Assembly: GCA_947311445.1 (NCBI GenBank)
Contig: CAMZKV010000042.1
Coordinates: forward strand, 2,982 to 66,981
Source of the DNA: an uncultured Chlorobiota bacterium
GTDB lineage: Bacteria; Bacteroidota; Bacteroidia; Bacteroidales; JAADGE01
DNA length: 64,000 nt
Direction of reading: 5' to 3'
Part shown: one piece after another, positions 57,481 through 64,000 of the stretch
Numbering within the stretch: position 1 is the stretch's first letter
Layout of the letters: every line of letters begins with the position of its first letter
The notes under the pieces: model-generated
The model's input: the letters and a program-made list of their open reading frames with translations, nothing else
Told to the model about the DNA's origin: nothing
Database searches by the model: none
Made by a program: the position numbers and the translations under genes

Positions 57481-58797
57481 ATGAAAAAAAGAACATTTAT
57501 TTATTTAGCTATTTTAATGCTTTCAACAATGCAAATAGTAGCACAGAATTATTTTATGGTAGACACAGTTGTAAAAAGAGACTTGACCAATAGTGGTATA
57601 ATAATTTCAGAACAAAGTTTCGAGTATAATACGAGTGGTTTACAAACACAAAAAGTCCAGTATTCTTATGTTGGAGGAAATACATATGGTTCAAAAAAGG
57701 AGTGGAGTTATAATAGTTCAACAGAATACACTGATTCAGTATATTTTTTTAATTATGATGCGGCAAATTCAACATGGACAAGTAGTTTTAAAACTTTATA
57801 TCCACAATATGATACAGATGGAAATCTTTTAGAGGAAGTGAGTTCATATTATGATACTGGTAATGCAAATTGGGTTTTTACTCAGAAAGTACAATATTTT
57901 TATAATGCTGGTGTAATTGATTCCTTGTTACGTTTTTACTATGATACACCTTCATCAACATGGAAAAATCAATCAAAAACTATTTATTCCTATACTTCTG
58001 GTTTGTTAACCTTAAAATTATCCAAAATTTGGGATTCTGCAAACAATCTATATGTAGAAAGTACTAAACAATCTTATATTTATGATACGAATAATCTTTT
58101 AATAGAAGATATATTTGAATACTATGATATAAATACATCGAGTTGGATTAATTCTAACAAAATATTAAATACTTATGATGCAACATCTCCTTATAATAAA
58201 TTGATAGAAGAGATATACTATTGGGACATTAACAATGGTGTTTGGCAGGGAAATTCAAAAAATATTTATACTTATGACAGCTATGAGAATGTGGATAGTA
58301 CTAAGACTTTTTTGTTTGATCTTGCAAATAATACATGGAATTCCAATGCTTCGGAGATTTCAACAGGAACTTATGATAATCAGGTTGACAGAAATAGCCT
58401 GATAATACCTGAAGAGTATTCAAGTTATTTCAGTTTTTTATTTAATCATAAAATAGACTTACTACATAAGACCTCCTATAATCCTTCAACAAATCAACAA
58501 GAAGATTATCAAGACTGGGAATTTAGTTACCTACCGATTACTATAGTTGGCATTTCAGAGAATTCTGACTTAGTTAATATAGGTGTTTATCCAAATCCTG
58601 TAAACAGTTTTGTAAATATAAAAGGGGCTGAAAATTTATCAGATTATAAACTTATCATTTATGATATGCAGGGCAGACAAATTTTTTACAGAGCAAATCA
58701 GAGTAAAATTAATGTTCAAACTCTTTCTGCAGGTAGCTACATGTATAGAATAGTTGCCAAAGAAGGTGTAAAAACAGGTATTTTATTGAAAAATTAG
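57481..58797 (+). CDS. secreted repeat protein (YD-repeat-like units) with T9SS C-terminal sorting domain
   Basis: Start chosen at MKKRTFIYLAILML (signal peptide). Repeated Y.YD...N.W....K..Y.YD..GNLL-like units. Por tail VYPNPVNSFVNI...LIIYDMQGRQI...GSYMYRIV. Confidence 0.7.
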   Translation: MKKRTFIYLAILMLSTMQIVAQNYFMVDTVVKRDLTNSGIIISEQSFEYNTSGLQTQKVQYSYVGGNTYGSKKEWSYNSSTEYTDSVYFFNYDAANSTWTSSFKTLYPQYDTDGNLLEEVSSYYDTGNANWVFTQKVQYFYNAGVIDSLLRFYYDTPSSTWKNQSKTIYSYTSGLLTLKLSKIWDSANNLYVESTKQSYIYDTNNLLIEDIFEYYDINTSSWINSNKILNTYDATSPYNKLIEEIYYWDINNGVWQGNSKNIYTYDSYENVDSTKTFLFDLANNTWNSNASEISTGTYDNQVDRNSLIIPEEYSSYFSFLFNHKIDLLHKTSYNPSTNQQEDYQDWEFSYLPITIVGISENSDLVNIGVYPNPVNSFVNIKGAENLSDYKLIIYDMQGRQIFYRANQSKINVQTLSAGSYMYRIVAKEGVKTGILLKN

Positions 58798-59013
58798 GTT
58801 TTTATAAAAATCCTATATCTTAATTTCAAGGTAATCAATTAAAATTTTTACTAATTGGTTACTTTGAAATTTTTATAATTATTTTTGAGTTTTTTGAATT
58901 TAGCAAACTATTATATCTACCTATAAGAATATTTTAAGTTTACAAATTTTTGAAACTTTTTGATATAATGGTTTCATAAAGAATAAAAAACTGGTTATAG
59001 CCTAAGATTTAGC

Positions 59014-60288
59014 TTATTTTAAATCTCTATAAAATCTTGTATATGATTTATTTACGCTATCAGCATTTAAAATTATGATTTCAGATTTTGCACCTAATGC
59101 AACAATCCCTGTTGCCATTGCAATTCTATGATCATTGTTTGAGTCTACTGTTCCACCTTGGACTTTTCCTCCTTCAATAAACATAAAATCATCTTCAATA
59201 CTAATATTTATTCCAATCTTTGAAAATTCTTTTTTAAGAACTTTTGCTCTATCACTTTCTTTATGCTTTAATCTGCTTACTCCTTTAATTTTTGAGGTTC
59301 CTTTGCAAAATGAAGCCATTGCAACAAGTGGAGGAAAGAGGTCAGGACAATCTGTGGCATCAAATTCAAAAGAAGTTAGTTTGCTTTTTTCTGTAATAAC
59401 AGAATTATCACTTATAATTATTTCTCCGTTTGCTTTTTTTATTGCAGAAAGAATTTCAATATCTGCTTGTTTAGAGTTAAGGTTTAAACCTGTAACTTCA
59501 ACTTTTCCAGCAATTAAACCTGCAACAAGTAGAAAAGAAGCCCCACTCCAATCTCCTTCAATAAAATATTCTTGACCAATATATCTTTGATTTCCTTTTA
59601 TAATAAATCTTTCATAATTATAATTTTCAATCTTTCCACCAAAATCGTTTATCATTTTGATAGTCAAATCTATATATGGTTTACTTTTAAGATTTTTAAC
59701 TATTATTTCAGAATCATTTTTTGCTAATGGAAGTGCAATTAATAAACCTGTTAAGACTTGTGATCCTTCTGAACCATCAATTGTAAACTTTCCTCCTTTT
59801 AATTTGCCTGAAATCTTTAGAGGTAAAAATCCATTTTTTGAAATCGCTGATATTCCAATTTTATTCAATATGTTTTCAAGATTTTTTATTGGGCGTTTAA
59901 GCAAAGTACCTGTTCCATTTATAATGTAATGTTTATCAAATAATGAAATAATGGGGCTGAACATTCTTACACCTAATCCTGATTCTCCAAAATTTAAGTT
60001 TGTTTGCGTAACTTCATCAGTTCGTTCTATTGATAGTTTATCGGCAGAAAACATAATGGACACACCCATTCCTCCTGCAACTCTTATTGCTGATAGTGAA
60101 TCTTGCGAAAACGAAGGGTTTTGTATATTTGTTCTTCCTGTTGCTAATAATGCTAAAGCAATAGCACGTTGCATAACACTTTTTGAGGCAGGTGCTTTAA
60201 TAGTTTTGTCTATGTATTTCGGTATAATCGAAATGCTTTTTTTGTTTATTGTAAATTTTTTTTTTCCGGCTTTATTATCTCGTTTCAC
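59014..60288 (-). CDS. aroA: 3-phosphoshikimate 1-carboxyvinyltransferase (EPSP synthase)
   Basis: 424-aa ORF. KAPASKSVMQRA, LNFGESGLGVRM, and DHRIAMA motifs. Confidence 0.9.
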   Translation of the reverse strand: MKRDNKAGKKKFTINKKSISIIPKYIDKTIKAPASKSVMQRAIALALLATGRTNIQNPSFSQDSLSAIRVAGGMGVSIMFSADKLSIERTDEVTQTNLNFGESGLGVRMFSPIISLFDKHYIINGTGTLLKRPIKNLENILNKIGISAISKNGFLPLKISGKLKGGKFTIDGSEGSQVLTGLLIALPLAKNDSEIIVKNLKSKPYIDLTIKMINDFGGKIENYNYERFIIKGNQRYIGQEYFIEGDWSGASFLLVAGLIAGKVEVTGLNLNSKQADIEILSAIKKANGEIIISDNSVITEKSKLTSFEFDATDCPDLFPPLVAMASFCKGTSKIKGVSRLKHKESDRAKVLKKEFSKIGINISIEDDFMFIEGGKVQGGTVDSNNDHRIAMATGIVALGAKSEIIILNADSVNKSYTRFYRDLK

Positions 60289-60390
60289 TATAATTAGGCT
60301 TACTTAACAATGTGCATAAATGAATACTTCTAAATATACACGCTATTATTATGCCATTATTTATTTTTTAAAACATTAATATCTATTACT

Positions 60391-61464
60391 TTATTCTTTT
60401 TCTTTATTTCTGAATATAATAGTTTGATTGTCAATAGATTCCTGATGAATAGCATAATATAGGGTATTTATGAATTTTTCACTTAATCCTAATTTTTCTC
60501 CTTTTAATATAGCATTTTTTAAAATTGAGTCCCACCTATTTGTTTGCAAAATAGTAATATTGTTTTTGTTTTTTACTTTTCCAATATCTTTGGCGGTATT
60601 CATTCTTTTACCAATAATTTCCAAAATTAAATTATCATATTCATCAATTTTCGTTCTTAATTCTTCCAAAGTTTCTTCATATTGAGGAAATATTGCATTT
60701 GTTTTATATCTATGCCTTATTATTAGATTATTAAGTAGAATTTTTAAATTTTCTGGAGTAATCTGTTGTTTTGCATCACTTAGTGCATTGTCAGGATCAA
60801 GATGAGTTTCAATCATCATACCATCAAAATTCAAATCCATTGCTTTTTGTGATATTTGTTGGAGCAAGTCTCTTCTGCCTGCAATATGGCTTGGATCACA
60901 AATCATAGGAATATTTCTTAGTCTTCTTTTAAATTCAATTGGAATTTGCCAATCAGGATCATTTCTATATTTAGAATTTGATAGTGAAGAGAATCCTCTA
61001 TGTATTGCAGCAATATCATTTATTCCTGCTTTTTGTATTCTCTCAACTGCCCCAATCCATAATTCAATATCCGGATTTATTGGGTTTTTTATCATTACAG
61101 GAATATTTGTGCCTTTGATAGCATCTGCAATTTCTTGAACTGCAAAAGGGTTTACGCTGGTTCTTGCACCAATCCACAAAATGTCAATTCCAGCTTTTAA
61201 GGCTTCTTCTGTGTGTTTTGCATTTGCAACTTCAGTTGTAAGTTTAATTCCTGTTTCTTTTTTTGCCGCTTTGAGCCATTGTAGACCAATAGTACCAACT
61301 CCTTCAAAATTATTAGGTCTGGTTCTGGGCTTCCAAATTCCTGCTCTAAAAATTTCAATCCCTAATGCTGATAATTCTTTTGCTGTGTTAATTACCTGCT
61401 CTTCATTTTCAGCACTGCACGGCCCAGCAATAACAAGAGGTCTTTTTTTTTTGAATATATTCAT
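60391..61464 (-). CDS. bifunctional 3-deoxy-7-phosphoheptulonate synthase (type I-beta) / chorismate mutase
   Basis: 357-aa ORF. DAHPS/KDO8PS-like barrel (VIAGPCSAE, WIGARTSVNPF, CDPSHIAG) fused to a C-terminal AroQ-type chorismate mutase (LRTKIDEYDNLILEIIGKRMN). Confidence 0.86.
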   Translation of the reverse strand: MNIFKKKRPLVIAGPCSAENEEQVINTAKELSALGIEIFRAGIWKPRTRPNNFEGVGTIGLQWLKAAKKETGIKLTTEVANAKHTEEALKAGIDILWIGARTSVNPFAVQEIADAIKGTNIPVMIKNPINPDIELWIGAVERIQKAGINDIAAIHRGFSSLSNSKYRNDPDWQIPIEFKRRLRNIPMICDPSHIAGRRDLLQQISQKAMDLNFDGMMIETHLDPDNALSDAKQQITPENLKILLNNLIIRHRYKTNAIFPQYEETLEELRTKIDEYDNLILEIIGKRMNTAKDIGKVKNKNNITILQTNRWDSILKNAILKGEKLGLSEKFINTLYYAIHQESIDNQTIIFRNKEKE

Positions 61465-61553
61465 ATTTTACTCTGATATTTTAATATGTTTTAACAGAGG
61501 TCAATATTAATCGTTTTTTTTATAATGTTTGATTTTTTTTAATTTTTTTGTTT

Positions 61554-62189
61554 TTAATCATTTTCAACATAATGATTGTCATTGTTCACGTATATGATTT
61601 TAACTTTTTTGTTAGTTGCCAATTTTTTATTCTTTTGAACAATTTTTATTAAACGTTTGCTCTGTCTACCCATAAATCTGCTCCAATGAACTATTATAAT
61701 ATAATCAAAACTATCAATGGAAAAATCTTCTGTATATGAAAGTTTTTGAAAATATTTTAGTTGCGTTTTTAGTGAGACTATGCTATCAATTGGTGCTTGT
61801 TGTTTAGGAAGAAAAGTTGAAAATGCTTTGTTTCTATTCCATTTAAGGTTTGGAAATCCGCCGGCATAACAATTTATATAAAAAGATTTTAACATCCCTT
61901 TTTTATCATAATAAAGAGCTTGCAATGGTTGATAATGGTTTTTAATTTGAGAACTATACCTTGTTGTGTCTAAAGTAAATAAAAATGCGTAGTAAGATGT
62001 ATCAAGTTCATAACTATCTTGTTTTGGAATATTATATTTTTTCCCTATTTTCAAAATTAAGTCTTCATTAACAGTAATTGGATTTTTTAATCCGTACATT
62101 TTTAAAAAGACTTTTGTACAACTTGTTAAAATAATACTGAAAAATAAAATTAAAGAAAATCCTTTTATTATTTGTTTAGTTATTCTCAT
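61554..62189 (-). CDS. hypothetical lipoprotein
   Basis: 211-aa ORF with a lipoprotein signal (IILTSC). No family recognised. Confidence 0.5.
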   Translation of the reverse strand: MRITKQIIKGFSLILFFSIILTSCTKVFLKMYGLKNPITVNEDLILKIGKKYNIPKQDSYELDTSYYAFLFTLDTTRYSSQIKNHYQPLQALYYDKKGMLKSFYINCYAGGFPNLKWNRNKAFSTFLPKQQAPIDSIVSLKTQLKYFQKLSYTEDFSIDSFDYIIIVHWSRFMGRQSKRLIKIVQKNKKLATNKKVKIIYVNNDNHYVEND

Positions 62190-62269
62190 TTTTATACTGT
62201 TGGTAATGCAAATGATTAAAAAAGTCTTATTTAAAAGTATTTTTAGAATTGAAGTAAAATATAAAAAAC

Positions 62270-63199
62270 TTAATTAAAAGTAGATTCAGTAATTGAATTG
62301 CTTTCAACATAAATATGAGTAAATTTAACTTTTCTATCTCTAATTCTTTTTTTAATATCTGCAATAATTTCTTCAATTCTACCTGCTGTTATTGAGTTGT
62401 AAAAGTTTACTTCTGCTCCTACCATAACTTCATCGGGTCCTAAATGCATTGTTCTAATATTACCAAAAAATTCTATTTCTTTATAATCATCTAAAACATC
62501 GCTTATAATTTTTATGTCTTCATCTGATGCTGTTTCCCCAATTAATAATTGCATTGTTTCAGTCGCAAGAAAATAAGCAACATAGACAAGTAAAATACCT
62601 ATTAGCACAGATGCCGCAGAGTCAAAAGTAGGGTTATCTGTTAATAAAGTTAATGTAACTCCGGTTAATGCGATGACAAGACCTATGAGTGCAGCGGACT
62701 CTTCAACTATTATTGCAATTGCAGAAGCATCTTTGCTGTCTTCCAAAGCTTTTTTGAAACTTTTTGAATTTGTTTTTCTAAAGTTTTTTAATGCAATTAT
62801 TAAACTACTTCCTTCAAAAAGAATTGCTCCTATTAAAACTCCATAGCTCCAAATAACGTTAGAGTTATCTAATTCATAAACAGGATACAATAATCTGTGA
62901 ATTCCTTCATAAATTGCAACTCCGCCTCCAAGAGAGAAAACAAGTATTGCAACTATAAAACTCCAAAAATAAATTTCTTTTCCATGTCCGAATGGATGAA
63001 GTTTATCGGGTCCTTTTTTACTATGTTTAATTCCTAAAAGTAGCAATAAACCATTCACAGTGTCAATCATTGAGTGTATGCCCTCTGATAACATTGCAGA
63101 GCTACCAGTAAAAAATGCTGCGATAAATTTTAATGTTGATATTAAAACATTTGCAGCAATTGCGGCATAAATTGAGAGTTTTGAACCTTTTGCAGACAT
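62270..63199 (-). CDS. cation diffusion facilitator family transporter
   Basis: CDF motifs (SAMLSEGIHSMIDTVNG, HPFGHGKEIYFWS). I chose the start at MSAKGSKLS (63199) rather than the longer ORF-track model. Confidence 0.86.
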   Translation of the reverse strand: MSAKGSKLSIYAAIAANVLISTLKFIAAFFTGSSAMLSEGIHSMIDTVNGLLLLLGIKHSKKGPDKLHPFGHGKEIYFWSFIVAILVFSLGGGVAIYEGIHRLLYPVYELDNSNVIWSYGVLIGAILFEGSSLIIALKNFRKTNSKSFKKALEDSKDASAIAIIVEESAALIGLVIALTGVTLTLLTDNPTFDSAASVLIGILLVYVAYFLATETMQLLIGETASDEDIKIISDVLDDYKEIEFFGNIRTMHLGPDEVMVGAEVNFYNSITAGRIEEIIADIKKRIRDRKVKFTHIYVESNSITESTFN

Positions 63200-63392
63200 T
63201 TTTATTAGTTTTTTTTTGCAAATATATAAAAACCTAAATCTTAAGACTAAAAAAATTCTTAAAATTACACCTTTGAAGTAAAATAACAGGTGTATCAAAA
63301 ATCTAAGTATAGTTAGTTTTGTTAAGGTGCAATGATTAAATATATTACATCAAAAATGTTAAAAAATCTATATTGTAAGTTTTAAAATTTTA

Positions 63393-64000
63393 TTATTTTT
63401 TTACAAATCTAAAAGTATTGCTCCCGGATTTTGTAAAAATTTTAATGAAATAAACTCCTTTTGAAAAACTTGAAACATCAATTTTATAATTTGATTTACT
63501 TTTGAAAGTTTTTAAAATAAGTTTTCCTGACAAATCAATTATTTCAATGTTTCCATATTCTTTATTATTTAACAAAATATTTAAGATATTACTTACAGGA
63601 TTAGGATATATTCTATATTCTTTATTTGTTAAACTTTTAATGTTAACAGCATATTGATTCCAAGTGTATTCTTCTTTTATAGTATTTTTCCATGTTCCAT
63701 CCAACGTTTGAGAATAAAATGAAGTTTGGTTAGTATTTTCATCATAAATATCAAAAACTTTGTAAAAAAGCACCCAGCTACTACCATTCCAATCATATAA
63801 AAAGAAAGTTTTTTCTTGATTTTCTACATTATATGTGTATTCATATTTTAAATTATTTCCTGAATTTTGTAAATCAAGTTCCTCTTTGTATTCCAGTAAA
63901 TCATTTGCTAAATAAAAATATTTTGTTTTTGCAGAATCGTACCATCCGGATTTTGAATTGTCGTATCTTTCAGTAAACTCTTCTTTTATTAAACTATTTT
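63393..64000 (-). CDS. secreted repeat protein with T9SS C-terminal sorting domain, partial (N-terminus outside the window)
   Basis: The minus-strand frame stays open from 63773 up to the window edge (...YDNSKSGWYDSAKTKYFYL...YEYTYNVENQEKTFFLYDWNGSSW...). Por tail IYPNPVSNILNI...IEIIDLSGKLI...GVYFIKIF. It is a paralog of 57481..58797. Confidence 0.65.
   Translation of the reverse strand, partial: NSLIKEEFTERYDNSKSGWYDSAKTKYFYLANDLLEYKEELDLQNSGNNLKYEYTYNVENQEKTFFLYDWNGSSWVLFYKVFDIYDENTNQTSFYSQTLDGTWKNTIKEEYTWNQYAVNIKSLTNKEYRIYPNPVSNILNILLNNKEYGNIEIIDLSGKLILKTFKSKSNYKIDVSSFSKGVYFIKIFTKSGSNTFRFVKK

Noticed and set aside
1-64000. Scan of all intergenic regions longer than 150 bp for tRNA, rRNA, tmRNA, RNase P, SRP RNA and riboswitch-like GC-rich structured segments
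   Set aside because: No cloverleaf-compatible or GC-rich structured stretches were recognised by eye, apart from the hairpins listed. A covariance-model scan (Infernal/Rfam, tRNAscan-SE) would be needed for certainty.

Overview
Very AT-rich, densely coding chromosomal segment that reads as Bacteroidota: a short 287-aa primary sigma factor, at least five proteins with a T9SS Por-type sorting domain, and a FISUMP-domain protein. About 59 protein genes. Housekeeping genes (dapF 3' end, cinA, rpoD, ygiQ, arcC, holA, grpE-dnaJ, mtaB, rimP-nusA-infB, rluD, rpe, tsaC, fumC, aroA plus DAHP synthase/chorismate mutase) are interleaved with secreted, lipoprotein and accessory genes. I found no rRNA, tRNA, CRISPR array, transposase, integrase or recognisable defence operon. 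The most unusual content is non-coding. A family of modular repeats of roughly 80-160 bp has shared termini, chains head-to-tail, and ends exactly on the ATG of at least six unrelated genes. Two inverted copies frame an 826-bp ORF-free divergent intergenic region (28325-29150) with a 20-bp perfect inverted-repeat core and a long internal hairpin. This could be an invertible or bidirectional switch, or a foldback MITE. Other items worth a second look: a MITE-like element with terminal inverted repeats and flanking direct repeats (5679-5890), a secreted MORN-repeat caspase-like protein, an intact but catalytically degenerate HisRS-derived ORF, a group II decarboxylase translationally coupled to a possible LRAT/NlpC-P60-like protein, an FNR / thioredoxin-like / DHOD-like redox trio, and a leader hairpin ahead of rimP-nusA-infB. 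All functional calls rest on motif recognition by eye; no database search was possible.
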